Shown: one piece after another, positions 7,157 through 13,989 of the stretch
Position numbering within the stretch: position 1 is the first letter of the stretch
How the letters are laid out: the number at the start of each line of letters is the position of its first letter
From: a virus
Strand: one strand, 5' to 3'
IMG/VR virus record: IMGVR_UViG_3300009285_000029
DNA length: 39,981 nt
Position numbers and translations under genes: made by a program
Notes under the pieces: generated by a model
The model's database searches: none
Seen by the model: only the letters and a program-made list of their open reading frames with translations
Told to the model about the DNA's origin: nothing

Positions 7157-7459
7157 ATGAACCTAAAAGAGATTGAGATCAGAGCAAAGCATTTGGGGAA
7201 TTATTTACATGACAACAGAATGTCCGCTGCCGAAATGGTTAGCAAAGATGTCCCTGCCCTCATCGCCCAAATAAGGGGGCAAAGGAATTTGTTGAAGAAA
7301 CTGCGGAACGGCATTGGCGATCACTACCATCCCGAAGAAATAACAACTGACGAGGACAGATATATCTATGTTGAATTATCGTCGCTTCAAACATGGTGGG
7401 AAGATGCCAACGATGCCCTCGCCGATTTGGAGGATACCGATGACCCTGATACTGATTGA
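7157..7459 (+). CDS. Hypothetical acidic protein (100 aa)
   Basis: ATG 7157 (MNLKEIEIRAKH...) is preceded by GAGGAGG. The ORF-track extension back to 6905 is a repeat-frame artefact. Confidence 0.7.
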   Translation: MNLKEIEIRAKHLGNYLHDNRMSAAEMVSKDVPALIAQIRGQRNLLKKLRNGIGDHYHPEEITTDEDRYIYVELSSLQTWWEDANDALADLEDTDDPDTD

Positions 7460-7769
7460 CCCCCTCACCGGAAAAGCCGTGGAGCACGACATCGAATCCT
7501 GGGGTGCGCAGTGCCGTCTTGATCCAATCGACGAAGCTGCTGCGTTACCCGAAGGCACCGTCATATACACGACAGAGGAAGCTACCCCCTCGCTGCTCTC
7601 GGACGCGGAGTTGTTGGCGACGCTGAGGAGCGTGGAGTGGGTACAATGGGATGGCGGCGTTTACTGCCCCGGTTGTTTTGCTTATCACGGCAATGGTCAC
7701 AACGGTGGTTGCCGCTTGGCGCTCACGATTTCCGCACTGGAACGGAGGTTGGATGGACGGCTTTCCTGA
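7440..7769 (+). CDS. Hypothetical protein (109 aa) with a CxxC...H...C cluster
   Basis: ATG 7440 (MTLILIDPLTG...) is preceded by GGAGGA. Contains CPGCFAYHGNGHNGGC. Confidence 0.65.
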   Translation: MTLILIDPLTGKAVEHDIESWGAQCRLDPIDEAAALPEGTVIYTTEEATPSLLSDAELLATLRSVEWVQWDGGVYCPGCFAYHGNGHNGGCRLALTISALERRLDGRLS

Positions 7770-8061
7770 GCATCTTCTGCACCCTGACCACAAGGCGGCC
7801 AGGATAAAACGAACTCTGGTTTGCTCCAATTGCTGGGGCGAGTTGAAGGTGGAACCGTCTGATGAGCCGCACATTGACCTGATCTTCTGCTTCAATTGTG
7901 GATTGGAGACGCGCGGCTACGTGAGCCGGGAGTGGGCTCGGCAACGGAAGCTGGAGAGCGGGCTGGAAGCGGGCGAGGTCAAGCGCAATTATCCTGAATT
8001 GGCGCCGGATGATGGTGAAAAGAAAAGCGCCGAGGAGCTTATCCACGAAATCGGATTTTGA
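7753..8061 (+). CDS. Zinc-ribbon protein (102 aa)
   Basis: ATG 7753 (MDGFPEHLL...) is preceded by GGAGG. Contains CSNCWGEL...CFNCG. Confidence 0.65.
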   Translation: MDGFPEHLLHPDHKAARIKRTLVCSNCWGELKVEPSDEPHIDLIFCFNCGLETRGYVSREWARQRKLESGLEAGEVKRNYPELAPDDGEKKSAEELIHEIGF

Positions 8062-8073
8062 TTGGAGGAAGAA

Positions 8074-9183
8074 ATGTCTGGAATCGTAGGACTTACTGAC
8101 AGGGGTATGGCGTTCCCGGAGATCGGGCAGATACGCAAGGGCGAGGAGAAAACCAGGGCAGACCAACCCGGCAAGGACTTGACCTATTTCCGCGTAGTGT
8201 TTGCCGAGGCCGAGCGCGAGGCGCAGCGCGTGTTCGAGCAGCATTACGGCAGCGAACCGGCGAAGATCCAAATTTGGCTGCCGTTCCCTGACCGTGACCG
8301 CTGCTGGGAAGCGGCTTATGAGGCGTATACCGCCAGCGAGTTGAAGGCCCGCGCCGGTATCTGTCCCCTGCCCGAGGCTGACCTCACTCTGAATTATTTC
8401 GAGAAGTTGAAGGACCCGGAGACGCTGGAGGTGCTGGTCAAGGATTGGCGGGATGCGGACGGGAAGCTGCGCGTGTTTGACCCCGATGCGCCGGTGGGTC
8501 ACTACATGAACCAGAAGGGCAAACGCATTCCGCTTTACGCAACTCCGGCGGGCCGCCTAAAAGTTATTCTCCCCATTCTTGGGCGGTTGGCTTTCTTCAC
8601 GGTACACACGACCTCGATCTGGGACATCGCCGAGATTTCGGGCAACCTGGACGCCTTGCAATGGACGAACGCGCAGGTGACGGGGAATGATAGCCTGAGC
8701 CGCATCCTGATCGACCTATACCGCAAGCCGAAAAAGATTTCCGTGCCGAAGGGCAAGGGTGCGGGAGGCGAGCGCATCCGTGTGGAGAAGTGGCTGCTGC
8801 ACCTAGAGGCGAACCCGGAGTGGGTGCGCACGAAGGTTGCCGAGAGCTATGCCACCAGCTTGCCCGCCTCCCCCGCCGGCGCATTCCTGCCGGAGGGCAA
8901 CGGCTATGAGAATGGGGACGGCGAGGAGGTAATTGAAGCCGAAGTCGTTGAAGAGAACGAACCCGAGGCGGCAAAACCTGCCACAAAACCCAAGCCTGAG
9001 AAACAGGAGGCGCAAGTCAGCAACAGCGATGAGCGCGCACACAAAAACTCCTCGATGTATTGGGATTTCGTGAAGGAGAACGGGATACCCCAGAGCAAGG
9101 GGCAGGTGATGCTCGCGAAGAACAACCATGATTACACGGAGGCATATTGGGAGTTGGCCGACGAGCTTGGGATCGCCGGATGA
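8074..9183 (+). CDS. DNA-metabolism protein, possibly of the phiC31 gp3-like (RDF-like) family (tentative)
   Basis: ATG 8074 is preceded by GGAGG. The N-terminal FPEIGQIRKGEEKTRADQPGKDLTYFRVVF resembles the G.IR.G.K...P.kLd.FR opening I associate with gp3-like proteins. An acidic, Pro/Lys-rich linker (EEVIEAEVVEENEPEAAKPATKPKPEKQEA) follows, then a small C-terminal domain. Confidence 0.4.
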   Translation: MSGIVGLTDRGMAFPEIGQIRKGEEKTRADQPGKDLTYFRVVFAEAEREAQRVFEQHYGSEPAKIQIWLPFPDRDRCWEAAYEAYTASELKARAGICPLPEADLTLNYFEKLKDPETLEVLVKDWRDADGKLRVFDPDAPVGHYMNQKGKRIPLYATPAGRLKVILPILGRLAFFTVHTTSIWDIAEISGNLDALQWTNAQVTGNDSLSRILIDLYRKPKKISVPKGKGAGGERIRVEKWLLHLEANPEWVRTKVAESYATSLPASPAGAFLPEGNGYENGDGEEVIEAEVVEENEPEAAKPATKPKPEKQEAQVSNSDERAHKNSSMYWDFVKENGIPQSKGQVMLAKNNHDYTEAYWELADELGIAG

Positions 9184-9458
9184 ACGTCGCCATCGGCAGG
9201 CAGCCGCAGGGATGCCTCACCGCCGCCGAGATCTTCAAACGCTGCGGGTACGCCATTACCTACTATGAGGGTAGCCGCCGTAATTCAAGGACACGCGAAC
9301 ACGCTGCCCGTCTCGTTCAGCAGGTTGCAAAGGAACTGGTGGAGCACGAGGTCTCCTGCGCCCAATGCGAGCGGGAAAGGCTGGCGCAATCCGAGAGGAT
9401 GGAGGCGTGGATGCGAAAGAATAAACTATCGCAAGTTGAGGAGCAAGGCAATGGATGA
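9180..9458 (+). CDS. Hypothetical protein (92 aa)
   Basis: ATG 9180 overlaps the upstream stop (ATGA). Sequence begins MNVAIGRQPQG... and contains CAQC. Confidence 0.6.
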   Translation: MNVAIGRQPQGCLTAAEIFKRCGYAITYYEGSRRNSRTREHAARLVQQVAKELVEHEVSCAQCERERLAQSERMEAWMRKNKLSQVEEQGNG

Positions 9459-9894
9459 GAAATTTGTAAAAGATTTGGCTTTGTGGCGGAAAACTCTCGA
9501 ACACAAGAAGAATGATTTGGAAGCGGTTGAAGCAAGCCTACACGAAAGCCCGGAATGGCATCACTACAAGGCGGCTCTCGATGCGCTGAAAGTGGCTCAA
9601 GACGGGGAAGCGGATGCCGCGGCGCTCTTGCGTGAAACCGCATTGGCTGATTACCAAATGAAAGGCATCCCGAACTTGCCCGGTTGCAAGATAGCCGAGT
9701 ACACGGTGCTTTCCTATGATCAAGGACTGGCCTTGGGGTGGTGTGTTGATCACGAACTCGTCAACCTCTTGAGCCTGGACAAGCGCGCATTCGAGAAGGC
9801 AGCGAAGGAATTGCAGCCGGACTTTGTGACGGTATCTGAGGAGCCGCGGGTCAGGATTGACAGCGACCTCAGCGAGTTCCTGACCGGAGATTAG
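9451..9894 (+). CDS. Hypothetical coiled-coil protein (147 aa)
   Basis: ATG 9451 (MDEKFVKDLALWRK...) overlaps the upstream stop (ATGGATGA). The N-terminal half looks helical. Confidence 0.65.
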   Translation: MDEKFVKDLALWRKTLEHKKNDLEAVEASLHESPEWHHYKAALDALKVAQDGEADAAALLRETALADYQMKGIPNLPGCKIAEYTVLSYDQGLALGWCVDHELVNLLSLDKRAFEKAAKELQPDFVTVSEEPRVRIDSDLSEFLTGD

Positions 9895-9895
9895 A

Positions 9896-10081
9896 ATGGC
9901 CGAGAAATACAGCAAGATCGCTATCGTGATTTATGGATGGAGCGGGGAGGCTGCTGATGAGATTGCCGATGAGATTGCCAGAGAGGAAGTGAGCCTAAGT
10001 CAGCCTATCCCTGTGGGGCAGGAACTGGCAGATGGGACGGTTAGCAACGCCCTCGATGAGTTTATGACCCAGCTTCTCTGA
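9896..10081 (+). CDS. Hypothetical small acidic protein (61 aa)
   Basis: ATG 2 nt after the upstream stop, with GGAGA upstream. Confidence 0.55.
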   Translation: MAEKYSKIAIVIYGWSGEAADEIADEIAREEVSLSQPIPVGQELADGTVSNALDEFMTQLL

Positions 10082-10086
10082 CCTGA

Positions 10087-10686
10087 GTGACTGACCGCAA
10101 GCCTGCCGAGCTCGCCAAACAACTGATAGCCGCCATAGACCAGGAGCGCGGCAAGTCCTGGCGTAAATGTCTCCTCGCCTCCCGCGTCGTTGGTCTCTAT
10201 AAACCCGGCCTCACCCTCGCCATTGCGCGCAAGCGCGGTCTCAGCGTTGACCAGATCGAGACCTGGGCGCGGGCCGGACGCACGCTCTATGCTCTGCGCC
10301 GCCTCATGGGGGACGCCGAGCAATACCACTATTTCAAGCAAGTGATCACGATCCTCGGCCCAACCCACCTCGCTATCCTGGGCCGCTATTGGGAGAACGC
10401 GCAGGGGCGCTACCGCCAGATGGGGGACGAGGACGCGGTGACGGTCATCCTCGAAGCGGCTATGGGGGGCTGGTCGAAAGAGAGGCTGGCGGCGCAGTTG
10501 CAGGAGAGTTTCGGTTCCAGGGAGGGCGATCCCCCTGAGTGGCTGGTGTACGGGGACAGGATACGCAAGCCACTATATAAGTTGACCACGAGCTACGGGG
10601 TTCCGGACGAACTGCGGGAGGCGGGGAAGCAGATGTTGAAGGCGTTGGATATGACGAAGGCGAAAGAGGTAGAGAATGATGAATGA
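10087..10686 (+). CDS. Putative DNA-binding protein (199 aa)
   Basis: GTG start. LAIARKRGLSVDQIETWARAG looks like a helix-turn-helix. No further family call is possible by eye. Confidence 0.6.
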   Translation: MTDRKPAELAKQLIAAIDQERGKSWRKCLLASRVVGLYKPGLTLAIARKRGLSVDQIETWARAGRTLYALRRLMGDAEQYHYFKQVITILGPTHLAILGRYWENAQGRYRQMGDEDAVTVILEAAMGGWSKERLAAQLQESFGSREGDPPEWLVYGDRIRKPLYKLTTSYGVPDELREAGKQMLKALDMTKAKEVENDE

Positions 10687-11080
10687 CGTTATCAAGGCGT
10701 TTGAGGAAACTCACGGCAAGTTAAGGGATTGTGTAGATGGGCAGGGTAAAGCATTGTGGTATGCGGCATTAGGTAGCTTCTATCTCGGCTGGCTTGCCCG
10801 GCCAGGTGATGACACGAACAGAGATAGGGAACCTCACGCGGAAATTGTTCAAAAGTGGGAGGATTTTTGTACTATCTATAATCTTCCCAATCACGTTCGC
10901 AATCCCGTTATCTATGCTTACGGATATGGCACGAGAGGTGAACCGCCTGGCACTTTCAAGCTCCTTTTAGAACGCTTTCGCATAGGGAGTATAGCTATCA
11001 GGAATGTTGGCCGATACCGTATATGGCTTGTTCAACAAGCGCTGAAAGAGATGGGGGCAAAAGAAAACCCTCCGGCTTAG
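10676..11080 (+). CDS. Hypothetical protein (134 aa), possible helix-hairpin-helix C-terminus
   Basis: AGAGGTAGAG lies upstream of ATGATG. GSIAIRNVGRYRIWLVQQALKEMG resembles alpha-CTD-type HhH motifs, a weak match. Last gene before a strong terminator. Confidence 0.6.
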   Translation: MMNDVIKAFEETHGKLRDCVDGQGKALWYAALGSFYLGWLARPGDDTNRDREPHAEIVQKWEDFCTIYNLPNHVRNPVIYAYGYGTRGEPPGTFKLLLERFRIGSIAIRNVGRYRIWLVQQALKEMGAKENPPA

Positions 11081-11097
11081 GGAGACCGGAGGGTTTT
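11064..11097. terminator. Bidirectional intrinsic terminator between the rightward early block and the leftward small-gene block
   Basis: 12-bp perfect stem AAAACCCTCCGG (11064-11075) / CCGGAGGGTTTT (11086-11097) with a 10-nt loop. The A-tract and T-tract arms give U-runs in both directions. Confidence 0.85.
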
Positions 11098-11139
11098 GGC
11101 AACTGGAAGCGATACTAGGCCTTGCTTTCAGTTGGCGTT

Positions 11140-11292
11140 TTATCGGCGGGGTAACGGCGGCTTATCGGATATAGAAGCCAGTCGTTTATTGACCTCGCAA
11201 TTCTCCCGATGCTGTGGCAGATGCTCCCAGCGCAACCAGGAGACGACGAGGATGGTGAGTAGCAGGAAGAGGGCGCAGGCGGCGGGGATCAT
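11140..11292 (-). CDS. Small single-TM membrane protein (50 aa, below the ORF-track cutoff)
   Basis: Hand translation: MIPAACALFLLLTILVVSWLRWEHLPQHRENCEVNKRLASISDKPPLPRR*. GAGGAG lies 7 nt upstream of the ATG. Confidence 0.55.
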   Translation of the reverse strand: MIPAACALFLLLTILVVSWLRWEHLPQHRENCEVNKRLASISDKPPLPRR

Positions 11293-11294
11293 TT

Positions 11295-11486
11295 TCAACT
11301 CTCCTCTTTAGCAGACAGAAACAACAGATTGCCGCACACGTACGCGGTTTTTGGCTCCTGCCCCGTTGTAAAACGGAATTGGCGGGCGGCCTCTTCGGGG
11401 AGCATGTGGCTATAGCCCCTCAAATCACCGTAGGGCGGGAAAGCCTTGAGTAGCTTTTGGCGGGGATCAAGCGGGGTGATGGTCAT
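11295..11486 (-). CDS. Hypothetical small protein (63 aa)
   Basis: Internal ATG 11486 (MTITPLDPRQ...) is preceded by AGGAGG. The longer track ORF overlaps the 11500..11688 gene in another frame. Confidence 0.55.
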   Translation of the reverse strand: MTITPLDPRQKLLKAFPPYGDLRGYSHMLPEEAARQFRFTTGQEPKTAYVCGNLLFLSAKEES

Positions 11487-11499
11487 TTGGCCTCCTGGA

Positions 11500-11688
11500 T
11501 CATATTGTAGAGATATGTGCGTCCGCCTTCCTTGATGAGCAGTTCGGCGGATAGTCCAAAAGTTCTTGCAACCTTGCTTCCGCGTAAATTTCTGCGGCTT
11601 TTTTGGGTGAGGGTGCCCCAACTTTCGGGAGTTCTGTAAGCAAGGATAGTCGTCCTCTAAAGTCAAAAACCTCGAATGTCCGGTTCAT
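11500..11688 (-). CDS. Hypothetical small protein (62 aa)
   Basis: AGGAGG upstream. ATGA overlap with the stop of 11685..11897. Confidence 0.6.
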   Translation of the reverse strand: MNRTFEVFDFRGRLSLLTELPKVGAPSPKKAAEIYAEARLQELLDYPPNCSSRKADAHISTI

Positions 11689-11897
11689 TTTGCGGCCTCC
11701 TGTCGTGCCTTGTACTCGCGATAGGTCATATTCTTGGCAAGCAATTCGGTAGATGCGTGTAGCTCATTGGCTGTGCAATGGATGGATTTGCGCGCGGCCT
11801 TCGAGATAGCGATATGCGCGGCTGTGGCTTCGTAGATGTAGGATTGCGCCCATTCCCCATGTTTTTCACTATCTAGCCAAACCCGGTAAACATTCAT
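11685..11897 (-). CDS. Hypothetical small protein (70 aa)
   Basis: GGAGG upstream. ATGA overlap with the upstream 41-aa ORF. Confidence 0.6.
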   Translation of the reverse strand: MNVYRVWLDSEKHGEWAQSYIYEATAAHIAISKAARKSIHCTANELHASTELLAKNMTYREYKARQEAAK

Positions 11898-12019
11898 TTT
11901 GTGGCCTCCATTAGTGCTTCCTGTGCGCGGCGCTTGGCTCCAAATGCACCGCCATCTAACTGAATACGAGTAATCCCGTATCGGCTGGTAAGCCCGTTGT
12001 CATCGTAAATCCATTCCAT
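11894..12019 (-). CDS. Hypothetical micro-protein (41 aa)
   Basis: Hand translation: MEWIYDDNGLTSRYGITRIQLDGGAFGAKRRAQEALMEATK*. Its start follows repeat element A copy 1 exactly as gene 12902..13192 follows copy 2. Confidence 0.45.
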   Translation of the reverse strand: MEWIYDDNGLTSRYGITRIQLDGGAFGAKRRAQEALMEATK

Positions 12020-12102
12020 TGAACTATCCTTTCCGGGCGGCTTGTTCGCCCTCTACTGCCTCTCTCTCGCGAGGGAGGCAGTCGGAGGAGGAGCAAAGGC
12101 TA
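12020..12102 (-). repeat. Intercistronic element A, copy 1 (stop codon, hairpin, conserved RBS, start codon)
   Basis: About 80 bp, near-identical to 13193..13269 (one substitution plus two short indels). Contains hairpin ctgcctctctc-tcgc-gagggaggcag at 12056-12081. Confidence 0.9.
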
Positions 12103-12354
12103 TCGGCTGGCGTCATAAAGTTGTTTGATTGTTTCCAGGCCATGTACTGGGCCAAGCGGCTCGTAGTGATCTGCCAGTAGACGCAAGGCGGCGGCTAAAA
12201 CGTATTTCGGAACCTCATAGTTGTCCTCGTAGTCATCTAAGTTGAGTGTGCCGCTGGCGAGGATTTTTTTACTCTTTTCAATAAGGAAGCTTGATGGTTT
12301 AGCGTCAGCAAGTATTTCCTCTATTCGGGCGAGGGCATTTTCTTGGGTAATCAT
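12100..12354 (-). CDS. Hypothetical protein (84 aa)
   Basis: ATG is preceded by the AAGGAG of element B copy 1. Its stop TAG is the first triplet of element A copy 1. Confidence 0.65.
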   Translation of the reverse strand: MITQENALARIEEILADAKPSSFLIEKSKKILASGTLNLDDYEDNYEVPKYVLAAALRLLADHYEPLGPVHGLETIKQLYDASR

Positions 12355-12358
12355 GGTG

Positions 12359-12384
12359 TTCTCCTTGCCGCTCTACCCGGCGGC
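12359..12384 (-). repeat. Intercistronic element B, copy 1 (26 bp, carries the RBS)
   Basis: ttctccttgccgctctacccggcggc differs at 1 of 26 positions from 13477..13502. Minus-strand sense is GCCGCCGGGTAGAGCGGCAAGGAGAA. Confidence 0.85.
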
Positions 12385-12525
12385 GGGGGGGGGGATTGGT
12401 GATCTCGACGTACACCCAGCCGTTGGCCTCGGCCTCGGCTTGCTGAGGCGCAGGTATGCCAGGGTGAGGGCGGTCACGAGTACGAGGGCAAATACGGCGG
12501 CAAGGGCGAGGGCATTGTGGGTCAT
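12373..12525 (-). CDS. Small single-TM membrane protein (50 aa) with a C10 tract in its 3' end
   Basis: Hand translation: MTHNALALAAVFALVLVTALTLAYLRLSKPRPRPTAGCTSRSPIPPPAAG*. GGAGGG lies upstream, with an ATGA overlap to the pentapeptide-repeat gene. The homopolymer at 12385-12394 encodes IPPP. Confidence 0.5.
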   Translation of the reverse strand: MTHNALALAAVFALVLVTALTLAYLRLSKPRPRPTAGCTSRSPIPPPAAG

Positions 12526-12896
12526 TTTCCCTCCTGGGGGGGCTTATACCCCTCTGGCCACGTGGTGTATTTGTTGTGGCGGGCCTCGCTCAGGTCGGCC
12601 TCGCTCAGGTCGGCCTGGCTCAGGTTGGCCCATCTCAGGTTGGCCCCGCTCAGGTTGGCCCCGCTCAGGTTGGCCCTAATGCGGGCTGGGAGGACTCCAT
12701 TGGCAATCGCCCAGCCCACATACTTTTTGAGCAGGGGATCAGCAAGTAGTTCGTGCCATTTTCCATTGGCCTCCTCCTCTGTCCCCCACAACGGGCCGAT
12801 GTCGAACCCCTTTGGGAATTTCTTCTCGAATTCATCTTTGGCCGGCGAGCAGGGGCCAAAGTTTTCCAGCGTTTTTGGGTTTATGACCTGTTTCAT
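12522..12896 (-). CDS. Pentapeptide-repeat protein (124 aa)
   Basis: C-terminal ANLSGANLSGANLRWANLSQADLSEADLSEA fits the A(D/N)LXX consensus over about 6-7 units. ATG 12896 (MKQVINPK...) is preceded by AGGAGAA. Confidence 0.8.
   Translation of the reverse strand: MKQVINPKTLENFGPCSPAKDEFEKKFPKGFDIGPLWGTEEEANGKWHELLADPLLKKYVGWAIANGVLPARIRANLSGANLSGANLRWANLSQADLSEADLSEARHNKYTTWPEGYKPPQEGK
12582..12680 (-). repeat. 15-bp tandem repeat (about 6.5 copies) encoding the pentapeptide repeats
   Basis: Plus-strand units are ggcctcgctcaggtc x2, ggcctggctcaggtt, ggcccatctcaggtt and ggccccgctcaggtt x2, followed by a degenerate unit. Confidence 0.9.
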
Positions 12897-12901
12897 TTCA
12901 G

Positions 12902-13192
12902 CTATTCTCCTATCGGCCTGGTTCTTGCCCCGCACTCGACGCAGTTGTCCTCGATCGTGAGCATGTGGGCCTCACAGACCGGACACCAGTTTTCGCCGTC
13001 TATTGGTCGCCAAAACCCCAGCGTAAAATGATAGCCCGTTCTGCTGTGTTCGGTAAAAATGTGGACTTCGGCATCATCTTCAAGGTGTGAAATCTTGGGG
13101 TAAATCTTCTCGAAGGCGTGTTCGTACCCGTGTGCTGTGACAGTTTGGGGAGGCGTATTCGTGTTGCCTTCCCTCCAGTAAAAAGTGCGCAT
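12902..13192 (-). CDS. Hypothetical zinc-ribbon protein (96 aa)
   Basis: ATG follows element A copy 2 (AAGGA RBS). Contains CPVCEAHMLTIEDNCVECG. Confidence 0.65.
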   Translation of the reverse strand: MRTFYWREGNTNTPPQTVTAHGYEHAFEKIYPKISHLEDDAEVHIFTEHSRTGYHFTLGFWRPIDGENWCPVCEAHMLTIEDNCVECGARTRPIGE

Positions 13193-13269
13193 TGTCTATC
13201 CTTTCCGGGCTTGTTCGCCCTCTACTGCCTCTCTCTCGCGAGAGAGGCAGTCGGAGGAGGAGCAGGCTA
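13193..13269 (-). repeat. Intercistronic element A, copy 2
   Basis: Near-identical to 12020..12102. Hairpin ctgcctctctc-tcgc-gagagaggcag at 13224-13249 has an 11-bp perfect stem. The element is bounded by the TAG of 13267..13470 and the ATG of 12902..13192. Confidence 0.9.
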
Positions 13270-13470
13270 GTGGGTGCGCTGGAAAATGACGGTATTTTCA
13301 TCCGCCCACATAGTCAAAACGGGTGCATCACCATGCACGTACCATTTTGAAACCGTAATTGCAAAATCGCCAGAGAGCGAATGATTTTTATTGCGGGGGT
13401 GTAAATGGGTCACAATTTCCTCTTCGGGATCAAACTGCTGTAATTTCGTGATAAGCTCTGATACTTTCAT
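13267..13470 (-). CDS. Hypothetical small protein (67 aa)
   Basis: ATG is preceded by the AAGGAG of element B copy 2. The N-terminus MKVSELITKLQQFDPEEEIV parallels that of the next gene. Confidence 0.65.
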   Translation of the reverse strand: MKVSELITKLQQFDPEEEIVTHLHPRNKNHSLSGDFAITVSKWYVHGDAPVLTMWADENTVIFQRTH

Positions 13471-13476
13471 CGCCTA

Positions 13477-13502
13477 TTCTCCTTGCCGCTCTTCCCGGCG
13501 GC
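13477..13502 (-). repeat. Intercistronic element B, copy 2
   Basis: ttctccttgccgctcttcccggcggc matches 12359..12384 at 25 of 26 positions. Confidence 0.85.
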
Positions 13503-13518
13503 TGCATCGGGGGTTTGG

Positions 13519-13701
13519 TTAGTGTTCAGTATAGAAATGCCAGGGATCGGCCTTTACCCTGAACACGGCTTCAGAGGGTTGATTGTTGAGAACTGGTTGG
13601 AAGGTATGCTCATCCGCTCCCCCGCTCGTCCATTTCCAGATAACGATTTCTGTATCATCGGGGAAGGATGTCAATGCGTCAATCAATTCTTTCTTAGTCA
13701 T
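13519..13701 (-). CDS. Hypothetical small protein (60 aa), weak paralogue of 13267..13470
   Basis: AGGAGA upstream. MTKKELIDALTSFPDDTEIVI shares the ELIxxLxxFxxDxEIV opening with the downstream gene. Confidence 0.6.
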   Translation of the reverse strand: MTKKELIDALTSFPDDTEIVIWKWTSGGADEHTFQPVLNNQPSEAVFRVKADPWHFYTEH

Positions 13702-13837
13702 GGGTCGTGTCTCCTGTTTTGGGTTGGCGGATCAGCGCCATTAGCACGGCGTAGAGAAGCCAATAGATTGCCCTGGCGTACTCATCGCGCTCCAGGTGGT
13801 ACTCAGAGGTCTCAAGCGCTTCGTGGATGGCGTTCAT
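13694..13837 (-). CDS. Hypothetical small protein (47 aa), apparently leaderless first gene of the leftward small-gene block
   Basis: Hand translation: MNAIHEALETSEYHLERDEYARAIYWLLYAVLMALIRQPKTGDTTHD*. ATGACTAA overlap with the next gene. TGcTAGACT lies 6 nt upstream of the ATG. Confidence 0.45.
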   Translation of the reverse strand: MNAIHEALETSEYHLERDEYARAIYWLLYAVLMALIRQPKTGDTTHD

Positions 13838-13843
13838 ACTCTC

Positions 13844-13852
13844 AGTCTAGCA
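13844..13852 (-). promoter_or_regulatory. Extended -10 promoter candidate (leftward)
   Basis: Minus-strand reading is TGcTAGACT, then gagagt, then ATG at 13837. There is no good -35 (TTGCAA lies at 14-nt spacing). Confidence 0.4.
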
Positions 13853-13960
13853 GATTTGGGGCATTGCAATGTTGCAGTTTCATATCAAAACTGCCTGAAA
13901 AGTTTGCAAAGCACAGGACAGGTGCAAAGATGATTGCGGGGCTGGATTGCAGCAACCCGC

Positions 13961-13989
13961 TTGCATCCTCCCACGCTTTTTGCTACAAT
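13961..13989 (+). promoter_or_regulatory. Rightward promoter of the late/packaging block, giving a leaderless mRNA
   Basis: TTGCAT (13961-13966), 17-nt spacer ending in TGc, then TACAAT (13984-13989). ATG 13996 lies exactly 7 nt after the -10 and no SD is present. Confidence 0.65.

Noticed and set aside
11096-11311. 71-aa plus-strand ORF after the early-operon terminator
   Set aside because: It starts inside the terminator stem and has no RBS. It is antisense to a 50-aa membrane ORF that has a GAGGAG RBS and sits in the leftward gene string.
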